The translations under genes and the position numbers were made by a program. A model generated the notes under the pieces. That model was not told the origin of the DNA. It did not search any database and saw nothing but the letters and a program-made list of their open reading frames with translations. Positions 1 to 8,648 of a stretch of 34,661 nucleotides of DNA are shown in pieces (position 1 is the stretch's first letter; the number at the start of each line of letters is the position of its first letter). The stretch covers positions 1 through 34,661 of IMG/VR virus record IMGVR_UViG_3300048579_000438. One strand, given 5' to 3'. Origin of the DNA: a virus (lineage: Duplodnaviria; Caudoviricetes).

Positions 1-408
1 TTATTTCTTTTTAAATTTTAGTTCAGGTTCGGCAGCAACATTATAACCATAAGTTGCCTCAGTCTTTTTTTCTCCCAACAATTGCGCTACACGGTCTTCT
101 AACCGGGCTTTTTCGGCACTCAGCCGCTCTATGCGGTCCAGCAATTCAGCATTAGTTACAGTTTCTTTGGCTGACATTGCAAATTCATCGCTGTTTTTTA
201 TCATGCTGCCGTTGCCTGTTAACAACCATCCTGCCGACAATAAATGACAATTTTCAATGACTTTATTCAATATTGATTCGCCCATATCGGCACTTCTTTT
301 CTTCATATTACTCAAATATCCACTTGATAAACCTATTTCCCTTTCAAAAGTTGTTGGTCTAATGTTTTGATTTTCAAGATAAATATACAATCTGTCTATA
401 GCTTTCAT
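1..408 (-). CDS. Phage repressor (XRE-like HTH with C-terminal coiled coil, no S24 peptidase)
   Basis: MKAIDRL..FEREIGLSSGYL..WLLTGNGSM pattern of CI-like repressors; divergent from a cro-like gene; ATG at 408 preferred to the track start at 429. Confidence 0.85.
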   Translation of the reverse strand: MKAIDRLYIYLENQNIRPTTFEREIGLSSGYLSNMKKRSADMGESILNKVIENCHLLSAGWLLTGNGSMIKNSDEFAMSAKETVTNAELLDRIERLSAEKARLEDRVAQLLGEKKTEATYGYNVAAEPELKFKKK

Positions 409-416
409 TTGCTTAG

Positions 417-499
417 TGAAAAAAATCATTAGTAAATGAAAATATTCACTAATTAGTTTGTTAAAATGAATATAGTCATTATATTTGTGTCAGTATTCA
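417..499. promoter_or_regulatory. Putative operators TGA-N6-TCA at 417-428, 437-448, 467-478 and a variant at 488-499
   Basis: TGAAAAAAATCA, TGAAAATATTCA, TGAATATAGTCA, TGTCAGTATTCA; starts spaced 20, 30 and 21 bp; overlap the early promoter. Confidence 0.6.
457..487 (+). promoter_or_regulatory. Early (lytic) promoter, Bacteroidota primary-sigma type
   Basis: TTTG (457-460), 19-nt spacer, TATATTTG (480-487) matches the -33/-7 consensus TTTG-N19-21-TAnnTTTG. Confidence 0.75.
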
Positions 500-503
500 A
501 TCA

Positions 504-522
504 CAAAACTAAGGCAAAATTA
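504..522 (-). promoter_or_regulatory. Candidate repressor promoter -7 elements, facing the early promoter
   Basis: CAAAACTA (504-511) and CAAAATTA (515-522) read as TAnnTTTG on the minus strand. Confidence 0.45.
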
Positions 523-698
523 TGACACTAGCATCAGCATTAAAGAAAAAAAACAAAACCGTGTACCAGCAAATAGCTGAAAAACACGGCGTGAGTGTAA
601 GCTATGTGGGTAAAATCGCCCGCTCGGAGCGCATTGCTGACAAAAAGAAAGGAGCCGAGATCAAGAGAGAACTTGAACTATTGGCTACACAAGAATAA
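522..698 (+). CDS. Cro/Ner-like HTH protein, 58 aa (missing from the ORF track)
   Basis: Hand translation MTLASALKKKNKTVYQQIAEKHGVSVSYVGKIARSERIADKKKGAEIKRELELLATQE; HTH pattern; first gene after the early promoter. Confidence 0.8.
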   Translation: MTLASALKKKNKTVYQQIAEKHGVSVSYVGKIARSERIADKKKGAEIKRELELLATQE

Positions 699-809
699 GA
701 TTATCATCTCACTTACACACCGACAATCCCGGTTCTCTCTCAAGCGCGATGCTGCCCATCGGATGGGCCACCGGGATCAAACTTTTAAAATCACTTTAAA
801 ACTCACCAA

Positions 810-1283
810 ATGAGCAACATTCAAATTTTCGAACATCCACAATTCGGCGAAATTCGCACCGAAAAAGTAAACAACGAACCTTGGTTCTGCGCCTCTGATG
901 TCTGCAAAGCCCTTGATCTTAGGAAAATCGAATCATCTTTAAGGAAACTCGATGATGATGAAAAGCTGATGCTCAAAGTTTACGCATCAGGTCAAAACCG
1001 CGACATGTTATTTGTTAATGAAAGCGGCATATACAATTTGATTTTCAGTAGTTACAAGCCAGAGGCCAAAGCATTCCGCAAATGGGTTACATCTGAAGTA
1101 CTCCCAACCATCCGCCGCACGGGTTCATACCAAAACCCATTACGCTACCTGGCTAAAAGCAATCAACAGCTTGGTCAGGATTTTACCAACCTCATGTTTC
1201 GCGAATTGCTTAAAGTCGATTCTAAGCCGGTTCGCAACCGCATGGCTGGGCTCATTGATTTCTATGTATCTCAAATAAAGTAA
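810..1283 (+). CDS. BRO-N domain antirepressor-like protein
   Basis: FGEIRT..EPWFCASDVCKAL..VNESGIYNLIFSS.KPEAKAFRKWVTSEVLPTIRRTGSY. Confidence 0.92.
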   Translation: MSNIQIFEHPQFGEIRTEKVNNEPWFCASDVCKALDLRKIESSLRKLDDDEKLMLKVYASGQNRDMLFVNESGIYNLIFSSYKPEAKAFRKWVTSEVLPTIRRTGSYQNPLRYLAKSNQQLGQDFTNLMFRELLKVDSKPVRNRMAGLIDFYVSQIK

Positions 1284-1286
1284 CCC

Positions 1287-1448
1287 ATGAAACTCACTAA
1301 TGTTATTCTGGCAGTTTTAACCGGACTATTTACAATAGCCGCTATTTATGCAATAGCTATCGGTAAAACACACCACCTCATTACGGCGTTCATCGCCGCA
1401 TTCGTAACGCTTTTGCTCATTGCTGACGCTAAAAAAGTTAAGAAATGA
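1287..1448 (+). CDS. Small two-TM membrane protein, 53 aa (missing from the ORF track)
   Basis: MKLTNVILAVLTGLFTIAAIYAIAIGKTHHLITAFIAAFVTLLLIADAKKVKK; fills the gap exactly, ATGA overlap with the next gene. Confidence 0.7.
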   Translation: MKLTNVILAVLTGLFTIAAIYAIAIGKTHHLITAFIAAFVTLLLIADAKKVKK

Positions 1449-2092
1449 CTGAGCAAAAGAAACCGCGTAAACAGCGCGAACACCGCATTGTCAGCATCAA
1501 AACGCTGAAAGAAAAGAAGTACGAAACTGTCGACCTGGGCAAATACAACGAGCTATTTGGCGACGTTGAGTCTAAGTTTATCATGATGTGCTACGGCCCA
1601 TCGGGTTCGGGTAAGTCGGTTTTTGTTTTGCAATTCCTGGAAGAACTTACAAAACACAGCAAAGCTCTCTACAACTCTCACGAGGAACGCCTGCGCAAAA
1701 CAATACAGCAGCGTACTATAAACTTCAACATCAATAGCACTAAAATTGCTATTGGCGAATCACTTCCCTTTGATGTCATGCTCGAAAAGATAAAGGCAAA
1801 CCATTACGGTTATGTGGTTATCGACTCCATTCAGTACATGGATTTCACCTACGAACAGCTTAAAGAGCTTGTCGAATTTGCAAAGCGCAAAAAGAAATTC
1901 GGCATTATCATGGTAAGCTTTGGCAACACAATGGACAATCCAACCCGCGCCATCGATCACCTCCACGCTGCCGATCTTAAATGTTTCTTCAAAAACGGAA
2001 GCGTTACCATAACAAGCCGTTACACCGATCAACCCATCCGTAAACAGCTATTTACCCCTAAACACAGTACTCAACAACCAACATTATTTTAA
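1445..2092 (+). CDS. RecA/RadA-like P-loop ATPase
   Basis: Walker A GPSGSGKS, YNSHEE, Walker B VVIDS. Confidence 0.8.
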   Translation: MTEQKKPRKQREHRIVSIKTLKEKKYETVDLGKYNELFGDVESKFIMMCYGPSGSGKSVFVLQFLEELTKHSKALYNSHEERLRKTIQQRTINFNINSTKIAIGESLPFDVMLEKIKANHYGYVVIDSIQYMDFTYEQLKELVEFAKRKKKFGIIMVSFGNTMDNPTRAIDHLHAADLKCFFKNGSVTITSRYTDQPIRKQLFTPKHSTQQPTLF

Positions 2093-2094
2093 AC

Positions 2095-2316
2095 ATGGAA
2101 AAATACACCGTTACTGGAGGCTCAACTGTATCGCATGTGATTGATTCCAACCCACAGCACAAATGGATTGACCAAATATGCACTATATACGAACGAACCT
2201 CACCATTGAAATCACAACAGGTTTGCAACTCTCTCAACATGGCTCACGAGCTTCGCCAGCTTTCACCATCGGCCACTAAAACTCAAATGCTCGAAATCAT
2301 CAACAAATACCGCTAA
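2095..2316 (+). CDS. Hypothetical protein
   Basis: Tightly packed in the early operon (2-nt gaps). Confidence 0.65.
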   Translation: MEKYTVTGGSTVSHVIDSNPQHKWIDQICTIYERTSPLKSQQVCNSLNMAHELRQLSPSATKTQMLEIINKYR

Positions 2317-2318
2317 TC

Positions 2319-2558
2319 ATGCACCAAACCATTATCGCTCAAAACGCAACGCATAAGGCCGTTGCTGAGCACGGACAAATTAGCATTTATCTCAAAGGCT
2401 TCGATATTGAAGGCACTCATTATCCAGATGAATTCATGTACTCCATAGCTGAAGATATGGAAGATGATGTACTGGCAATATTCGAACGGTACGACGAAGA
2501 CAACCGCCTCAATGTTGTCGAATTTCAAAGAGAATACTACTCATCAATAATCGACTAA
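2319..2558 (+). CDS. Hypothetical acidic protein
   Basis: Tight operon packing; D/E rich. Confidence 0.65.
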   Translation: MHQTIIAQNATHKAVAEHGQISIYLKGFDIEGTHYPDEFMYSIAEDMEDDVLAIFERYDEDNRLNVVEFQREYYSSIID

Positions 2559-2560
2559 TC

Positions 2561-2806
2561 ATGGACAAAAAATTCACAATCGAACATCAATTTCAACTGT
2601 ACCTGCAAATGGTAAAACTTGATCCTGCTCAAATGAGTGCAATTCAGCTAAAAGAAACGAAACAGGCTTTTTTTGCATCAGCCGGACAAATGCTAATTCT
2701 TTTACGCGATGACGTTTCGGCACTCGATGAAGAACAAGCTATTAAAACACTTGACGAAATGCTTAGCGAGGTTCACAATCATTTTATGCTATTAACTGCC
2801 AACTAA
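2561..2806 (+). CDS. Hypothetical phage protein
   Basis: Operon packing; ETKQAFFASAG helical motif. Confidence 0.7.
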   Translation: MDKKFTIEHQFQLYLQMVKLDPAQMSAIQLKETKQAFFASAGQMLILLRDDVSALDEEQAIKTLDEMLSEVHNHFMLLTAN

Positions 2807-2816
2807 TACAGCTATC

Positions 2817-3164
2817 ATGCAAACTCAACACAGTGTTTTTATTCGAAAATTTGGCTCTTTAGCTATAGTCATTACAGTAACAGACTGGGAAGTTTTCAAA
2901 CAACTTGAAAAACACTCCGAGCACGACTCTCCTGATTTTATCATTAGTGGAATTACTTCTACTGGAACAATTTACACAAATATGAATATGGAAATGATTC
3001 TTTCCACTAGAGGCGAAGTGAAAGATATTACTGATGAAACTAAAGGTTTAAGTTTAATGGGAATTATGCTTGGTACTAGTCCGGCTGGGCCTCTATGGGC
3101 TTATCGAAAAATTGACGGATTATCTGCTGTTACAGAGATGATCACCACGAAGATCGAAGATTAA
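2817..3164 (+). CDS. Hypothetical protein
   Basis: 115-aa ORF in operon orientation. Confidence 0.6.
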   Translation: MQTQHSVFIRKFGSLAIVITVTDWEVFKQLEKHSEHDSPDFIISGITSTGTIYTNMNMEMILSTRGEVKDITDETKGLSLMGIMLGTSPAGPLWAYRKIDGLSAVTEMITTKIED

Positions 3165-3171
3165 AAAACTC

Positions 3172-3216
3172 TCCTAAACGGTTCGCGCGGGGGTTCGATT
3201 CCCCCGATAGGAACAA
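3172..3216 (+). ncRNA. Mini tRNA-like element 1 (acceptor-like stem, D-loop-like GG, T-arm, no anticodon arm)
   Basis: TCCTA-AACGGTTCGCG-CGGGGG-TTCGATT-CCCCCG-A-TAGGA-ACAA. Confidence 0.6.
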
Positions 3217-3233
3217 CTGAAATACACCAAAGC

Positions 3234-5270
3234 ATGATCAATTCAGGCGACATAGTAAATTATCAATCCAACATTTGGCTCTCACAGGAGTACATTCTGA
3301 AGCATTGCGGCATCAGTAACGAGTACCTTCGTGTAGCCAAAGCACGGGCAAAAAGCGGCAAAACGCAAAGCTGGCAGCACACACAAATACTTAACCGCTG
3401 CTATTTCAGTTATACCGCCTTGCCTCGCACAGCTGCCAACGGTCTGCCATCGCTCAACGAACTGATCAATAACGCTTCCGAAGTACACACCGATGTACGT
3501 ACCATCATTACCGCCGCAACAATCAGCCGCTACCGGTTTTACCTGTCAACTATGCCTGTCGAACTTGCAAAGGCCGCTGCCGTCATTCACGAAGCAAGTG
3601 TATTCTGCAAACAAAACGGCATAAGCTACAGCAAAAGCCCGTTTTTCGAACGCCTTGCTAACGAAATCGAGGTAAGTAAACTTCGGTACCTGCCCAAAAC
3701 ATGGCGCAACCTTCGCGATAAAATACGCGAATTCTCCGAAGGTACTCCAATGGTCGAGTTGGTATCAACCAAGAACGAAGGCAACCAGAACCGCGCTATT
3801 TTCGCCAACAACGAGCTTATTCAGGGGTGGCTGGTCGAGATGGCCGATTCACAAAAGAACTATTCTTACGCATTTATGTGGCGCAAAATACAAACCATTT
3901 GCGCTCAATATCAAATAACAAACGTACCGTCGCAACGTTGGGTATCCGACTTTCTGGCACAGCCAAAAACACAGTATCTCATCGAGCAACGCTACGGGGC
4001 CAATACTCGCTTTAACCACAAATACCGTGGGTACACGCCTACCGAATCAGCCTTATTTGCTGGCGACTGTTGGGACATCGACGGTACACGCGTGAACATC
4101 ATCGACCATCGCGGCTCATACATCGATAAATCTGGCCGCAAAGTCACCGGTCAGAAGTTCCTGTACATCATTGCTGTTCGAGATGTCATGTCGGGCATGG
4201 TGTTGGGTTACGAGTATTGCTACGAAGAGTCAGCCCAGGCCGTTATTAATGCCCTGGCAATGGCTGTCAACAACGCCGGTTACCTGCCTTACGAGTTACG
4301 ATACGACCGCTTTCCTGGTCACAATACAGCCGAATGGCAATACGTCGAATCGGCCATGCAGCGCATGGGTGTAATTACCACACAAACGGTTAAGGCTGAG
4401 GGTAAAGCACACATCGAGCGTTGGTGGGGTACGCTGCAATCTGTTTTTATGATGGATTCAGACTATTATTACGGCGAGGGTGTTAAATCAACACGCCGAT
4501 CGGCTCACCGCTCGAAAGAATACGTTTCGGCCATGCGCCAACAGGCCATGAAAGCCGGTTTCGATTTCGATGCAGCCACCCGTGAAACCGATCATATTTT
4601 AGAAGGTTACGTCAGTACACCGTTCTCTCGTTACTCACGTAAGTACGCCAAAATCGATAAAAGCCCGTTCCAGTTGCACGACGAAAGCGACAAACCCAAT
4701 GTTTTCGAAGTTGAAGAGCACACGCAGGCTTACCTGTTTGGCCTCCGGAAAGGCGTTGCAATCCGCAACAACATGATCCAGACGCAAATCGATAACGCCA
4801 CTTTCTATTACGGCATCGATGATGTTGAAGTGATCGAACGTTACACCGGCGTGAAGCTCACCAACTGTTTCGATGTGAATAACCTCGACCGCGTTCACCT
4901 GTACGACGGCGAAACATACCTGGGCACATTCTACCAGGTTACACCGGCACAACAGTACGGCCCCGATAAGGATATGCGCGCCGTTGGCAAACTGAAAGCA
5001 ATAGGTGAAGCGGTTAAAACTCACCGCAACTCCAAAAAATCAGAGCTAAACCGCACCAAAATCGAACTGGAGCAAGCCGCTGCCGAATTGATTGAAGATG
5101 ATTCTTCCTCCCTCCCCCTCGGGGAGGGTTGGGGTGGGGCTAATCCTGAAATCGGCATCCTTCAATCGGGCCGCATACGCAAACACGACTATGAAGCCTC
5201 CGAAACCGCCTTCCTTCGCGAAGAATGGGGCGACGAAGAGATCACTATCAATATAAGAAATCAGTATTAA
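3234..5270 (+). CDS. MuA-like DDE transposase
   Basis: 678 aa; catalytic-type motifs WDIDGT, YDRFPG, AHIERWWG; upstream of a MuB-like ATPase. Confidence 0.9.
   Translation: MINSGDIVNYQSNIWLSQEYILKHCGISNEYLRVAKARAKSGKTQSWQHTQILNRCYFSYTALPRTAANGLPSLNELINNASEVHTDVRTIITAATISRYRFYLSTMPVELAKAAAVIHEASVFCKQNGISYSKSPFFERLANEIEVSKLRYLPKTWRNLRDKIREFSEGTPMVELVSTKNEGNQNRAIFANNELIQGWLVEMADSQKNYSYAFMWRKIQTICAQYQITNVPSQRWVSDFLAQPKTQYLIEQRYGANTRFNHKYRGYTPTESALFAGDCWDIDGTRVNIIDHRGSYIDKSGRKVTGQKFLYIIAVRDVMSGMVLGYEYCYEESAQAVINALAMAVNNAGYLPYELRYDRFPGHNTAEWQYVESAMQRMGVITTQTVKAEGKAHIERWWGTLQSVFMMDSDYYYGEGVKSTRRSAHRSKEYVSAMRQQAMKAGFDFDAATRETDHILEGYVSTPFSRYSRKYAKIDKSPFQLHDESDKPNVFEVEEHTQAYLFGLRKGVAIRNNMIQTQIDNATFYYGIDDVEVIERYTGVKLTNCFDVNNLDRVHLYDGETYLGTFYQVTPAQQYGPDKDMRAVGKLKAIGEAVKTHRNSKKSELNRTKIELEQAAAELIEDDSSSLPLGEGWGGANPEIGILQSGRIRKHDYEASETAFLREEWGDEEITINIRNQY
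5107..5140. repeat. REP-like GC-rich palindrome in frame within the transposase
   Basis: CCCTCCCC-CTC-GGGGAGGG-TTGGGGTGGGGC, encoding SLPLGEGWGG. Confidence 0.65.
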
Positions 5271-5288
5271 AAACTTTAAAATAAACCT

Positions 5289-5594
5289 ATGAAAACAATC
5301 GATCAGGCTTCAAAAGAAGCTTTTGAAAAAGAAGTAGAATTTTCCTTTCAAAGAGGTAATACAATTGGGTCTGGTGAAAGAATGTTTAAAGCAGGTGCTG
5401 AATTTGCTCAACGCTGGATTCCAGTCGAAGAAGAACTACCAGCAGAAACTGGTTGGGAAAAAGCACCATACATTGCTAGAACTAAAAAAGAAGATCACAT
5501 TGTTGGTTACACCGCAGGACGTTTTCACCACAAAGGTGGATTGTGCCTCAAAAGCGGATGCGTCACTTCTTGGCGCCCAATCGAACGTAAATAA
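5289..5594 (+). CDS. Hypothetical phage protein (DUF551-like WIPVEEELP motif)
   Basis: FKAGAEFAQRWIPVEEELP..VTSWRPIE. Confidence 0.7.
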   Translation: MKTIDQASKEAFEKEVEFSFQRGNTIGSGERMFKAGAEFAQRWIPVEEELPAETGWEKAPYIARTKKEDHIVGYTAGRFHHKGGLCLKSGCVTSWRPIERK

Positions 5595-5627
5595 ATCAGT
5601 ATTAAATACACTTTAAAACCTCTTTAA

Positions 5628-6557
5628 ATGCTCACAGCAACGCAAAAAAACGAAATCATGCAACTGGTCGAAGACGAAAAACTTCGCCTGGGCAGTTACC
5701 GCGCTGTGGCCGCAAAATGCAAAATCAGCGAGGCCACCATTTCTCAACTCCGCAAAGGAGTTTACGCCGCCGAGGGCGACGACATTTACACCACCATCGG
5801 CCTGGCACTGGGTTACGAGTTCGATTCATCGCGCTGGAACATTGCTGAAACAACCAATTTCCGCATTGTTACCGACGTGCTGAACGATGCCAAATCTGAA
5901 TCAATGTTTATGGGTATTGCCTATCCAGCCGGTTCGGGCAAATCAGCCGCCGCTTCAGTGTTTTTAGCCAATAACCGCCGTACCGGTGTATTCCTGCTTA
6001 CCTGTCGTGAGTGGAATGGCCGCGCCTTCTTAACCGAAATCATTCGCGAAATAGGTGCCGAAATGCCTCGCGGTTATGCTTCAGTAAATGCAATGATTAC
6101 AAGCATTTCCGAAACATTCAAACGCATGGCTCACCTCAAGCCCGAATTAATTCTCGACCAGGCAAACAGCCTTCGTTCATCATCGCTCCGGACGTTAATT
6201 CACTTATTCAACGAGTGCGAAGACATCCTGGGGCTGGTAATCATTGGTTCCGACAACCTCGAGCACGAAATCAAACGCGGTGTACGCCTCAATAAGCTCG
6301 GATACGACGAGATCGACAGCCGTTTTGGCCGCAAATACATTCACCTTATTGGTGCGACGCAGGCCGATGTTAGAAAAATATGCGAGGTAAATGGTATCAC
6401 CGACAAAGATACACAGGAGCGAATTTTTGCCGATTGTGAACCGATTAAGAAAGAACTGAAAGACTCCGACAATGTAAAATCAATACGTGTTGTCGAGGAC
6501 ATACGCCGCCTCAAAAGGCTTATTAAAAGCGAACGTATCAAACTCAAATACGCATGA
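5628..6557 (+). CDS. MuB-like transposition ATPase (N-terminal HTH plus AAA)
   Basis: HTH RAVAAKCKISEATISQL; Walker A PAGSGKS; ELILDQAN Walker B variant; follows MuA. Confidence 0.88.
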   Translation: MLTATQKNEIMQLVEDEKLRLGSYRAVAAKCKISEATISQLRKGVYAAEGDDIYTTIGLALGYEFDSSRWNIAETTNFRIVTDVLNDAKSESMFMGIAYPAGSGKSAAASVFLANNRRTGVFLLTCREWNGRAFLTEIIREIGAEMPRGYASVNAMITSISETFKRMAHLKPELILDQANSLRSSSLRTLIHLFNECEDILGLVIIGSDNLEHEIKRGVRLNKLGYDEIDSRFGRKYIHLIGATQADVRKICEVNGITDKDTQERIFADCEPIKKELKDSDNVKSIRVVEDIRRLKRLIKSERIKLKYA

Positions 6558-7027
6558 ACAACACCAAAAACAGTCACGGACGCTTTTTTGGTCTCCTGAA
6601 GCAAATGCCTTTCACAACCAAAGAAGAGTTGGTACTCGAATACAGTAACAACAAAACGGCCTCATTGTCCTGGTTTCGCGACATCATGCCGCGCGACTAT
6701 GACCGGATGATACAAGATATGCAGCAAATAGTTGACTCAATGAAACAACCCAAAAATAAGACACAACAGCAACCATCTAAATTCACTACCAGCGCAGTAA
6801 CAAAACAGTACCGCTCTGCAATACTAAAAAGGCTTCAGCAACATGGCATCGATACAACCAACTGGGATCGCGTGAATAGCTTCATGGAAAACCCGCGCAT
6901 AGCAGGCAAACGCCTCTACGAAATGAGCGATCAGGAAATGATCGACTTCATTCCAAAAATGGAATCGATACTGAAGAAAGACAAACAGCGCGAAGCCGCA
7001 ATAGAACGCTTAACAACAATGAATTGA
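6554..7027 (+). CDS. GemA/Mu gp16-like protein
   Basis: FFGLLKQM..KEELV..TASLS N-terminus; position after MuB. Confidence 0.55.
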   Translation: MNNTKNSHGRFFGLLKQMPFTTKEELVLEYSNNKTASLSWFRDIMPRDYDRMIQDMQQIVDSMKQPKNKTQQQPSKFTTSAVTKQYRSAILKRLQQHGIDTTNWDRVNSFMENPRIAGKRLYEMSDQEMIDFIPKMESILKKDKQREAAIERLTTMN

Positions 7028-7028
7028 A

Positions 7029-7274
7029 ATGGAAGATTCTCACAAACTGAAGCTACAACTAGGACGAAAAAAGCGATATCTCCTAAACTGTATTAAAGTT
7101 CAGGAATTGCTGTCACGCTACGAAACCAAATGCACCATTCGTGTGAGAATCTACAACGAATACATCAAACCGGCTATCAATGGATTGAGCTACGCACAAT
7201 TCAACAACATTATCAACGAACGCAATCCAGCTAAACAGTTGGAAGAAATCGAAGAACAGTTAAAACAGTTATAA
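7029..7274 (+). CDS. Hypothetical protein, possible DNA binder
   Basis: Operon packing; basic; LSYAQFNNII helix. Confidence 0.65.
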   Translation: MEDSHKLKLQLGRKKRYLLNCIKVQELLSRYETKCTIRVRIYNEYIKPAINGLSYAQFNNIINERNPAKQLEEIEEQLKQL

Positions 7275-7275
7275 A

Positions 7276-7485
7276 ATGAAAAAATCATCCTACTCAACCA
7301 CAAAGCCAGCCGTTTGCACCGACTGTAACGGAGAAGGCCACATCGTAATTAAAGGCGAACACCTGGGCCACGGTCGTTATGCCAACGACACCACCGAAAC
7401 CTGCGAGACCTGCGAAGGCTCCGGCATGGTCTCAGTCGAAAAGAAAACAACCGTCACCATCACCGCAAAGCATCCACTTAAATAG
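7276..7485 (+). CDS. DnaJ-type zinc-finger small protein
   Basis: Two CxxCxGxG motifs (CTDCNGEG, CETCEGSG). Confidence 0.8.
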   Translation: MKKSSYSTTKPAVCTDCNGEGHIVIKGEHLGHGRYANDTTETCETCEGSGMVSVEKKTTVTITAKHPLK

Positions 7486-7514
7486 TATTTAAACACTTTA
7501 AATTTTTAAACATC

Positions 7515-8207
7515 ATGATTGAAATTGACGAATTAACACCGGAACAGATTGCTCAGCTTGAGCAAAAAATTGAAGCTAAAAAGTTAGCTGAAAAGCGACG
7601 CGCAGAAAATGAAATAGCTATTTACAAAGACCTTGTAAAACGTACTGTAGGTGAGCAAATGATCTCACTTCAGGAGGTGAACAACATTTTAAGTTTGGCA
7701 AAAGCACAGGTTTTTGGAAGTTTTACAACACTTATCGAAATGAAACAAGCCCTATACGGCATCAAAGCCGGCCAGCAAGGCCATTCTTTTTCCGATGATG
7801 CCGGGAACACCATTACACTTGGTTACCGCGTAGTCGATCAGTACGACGATACAGTAAACGAAGGTATCTCACTTGTAACCGAATTTATTGCAAGCCTGGC
7901 AACCGACGAAAAAAGCGCGCGCCTGGTCGATATGATTCAGAAGTTGCTGAAAAAAGATGCAAAGGGTAATCTTAAACCCAACCGCGTCATCGAGCTTCAG
8001 AACCTGGCCGAAAAAGAAAATAACGAGAAACTTTCATCAGGGGTTAAAATCATCCTGAACAGTTATAAACCAATTCGTTCAGCCTTCTTTATCGAGGCCG
8101 AGGTAACCGCGCCAGATGGCAAAAAACATGCCGTCGCCCTTTCAATTACTTCAGCCGAATTTCCTAAATCTAAAAGTTTTACCCCAAATTTTGATGTTTT
8201 TAAATAA
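7515..8207 (+). CDS. DUF3164-family protein of Mu-like phages
   Basis: Recognised pattern (GQQGHSFSDD..ITLGYR..LLKKDAKGNL..RVIEL) and Mu early-region context. Confidence 0.75.
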   Translation: MIEIDELTPEQIAQLEQKIEAKKLAEKRRAENEIAIYKDLVKRTVGEQMISLQEVNNILSLAKAQVFGSFTTLIEMKQALYGIKAGQQGHSFSDDAGNTITLGYRVVDQYDDTVNEGISLVTEFIASLATDEKSARLVDMIQKLLKKDAKGNLKPNRVIELQNLAEKENNEKLSSGVKIILNSYKPIRSAFFIEAEVTAPDGKKHAVALSITSAEFPKSKSFTPNFDVFK

Positions 8208-8210
8208 CCA

Positions 8211-8254
8211 CCCTGAATGGTTCACGTGCCGGTTCGAGTCCGGCACAGGGACAA
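8211..8254 (+). ncRNA. Mini tRNA-like element 2
   Basis: CCCTG-AATGGTTCACGT-GCCGG-TTCGAGT-CCGGC-A-CAGGG-ACAA. Confidence 0.6.
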
Positions 8255-8286
8255 TGGCAATAATGCCAGAATTAAAACTCAATACA

Positions 8287-8517
8287 ATGGAAAAAGTAAG
8301 AGCAAAATTTCAATGCGTAAAGGTTGAAAATCAACCTGACAGTGAACAGAAGTTAGTCGATTTTATGGCTGTGACAGATGGAAGCGAAGAAAACAAGTCG
8401 TTTGCAAAGTTTACCCCTGCTGGCGGTGCATATTTGAATATTAGCTATGAAACGCCTGCTGCCGATTTTTTTGAACAGGGGCAGTGCTATTACCTCGACT
8501 TCGAAAAAGCTGAGTAA
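8287..8517 (+). CDS. Conserved hypothetical phage protein, 76 aa
   Basis: MEKVRAKFQC..ENKSFAKFTPAG..YYLDF; A-rich start at 8287 preferred to the track start at 8116. Confidence 0.75.
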   Translation: MEKVRAKFQCVKVENQPDSEQKLVDFMAVTDGSEENKSFAKFTPAGGAYLNISYETPAADFFEQGQCYYLDFEKAE

Positions 8518-8529
8518 TTCTGTACCACC

Positions 8530-8562
8530 ACCCCCGACAGGGTTTCAAACCCTGTCAGGGGT
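8530..8562. repeat. REP-like palindrome
   Basis: ACCCCCGACAGGGTT-TCA-AACCCTGTCAGGGGT. Confidence 0.7.
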
Positions 8563-8576
8563 AATCGATAACAAAG

Positions 8577-8648
8577 GCCCGGTTAGCTCAACGGCAGAGC
8601 ACTTTCCAGTTAAGTTAGAGGCAGGCGGTTCGATTCCGCTACCGGGCG
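8577..8648 (+). tRNA. Degenerate tRNA (Asn GTT-like) with a broken anticodon arm
   Basis: Acceptor GCCCGGT/ACCGGGC, D arm GCTC/GAGC and T arm GGCGG-TTCGATT-CCGCT intact; anticodon stem CTTTC/GTTAG has two mismatches; loop CAGTTAA has A33; G73; no CCA. Confidence 0.7.

Noticed and set aside
604-813. 69-aa track ORF
   Set aside because: Overlaps the better cro-like ORF 522-698 in another frame and runs through the structured spacer
8116-8286. N-terminal extension of the 8116-8517 ORF
   Set aside because: Overlaps the DUF3164 gene and mini-tRNA 2; ATG 8287 has the proper context
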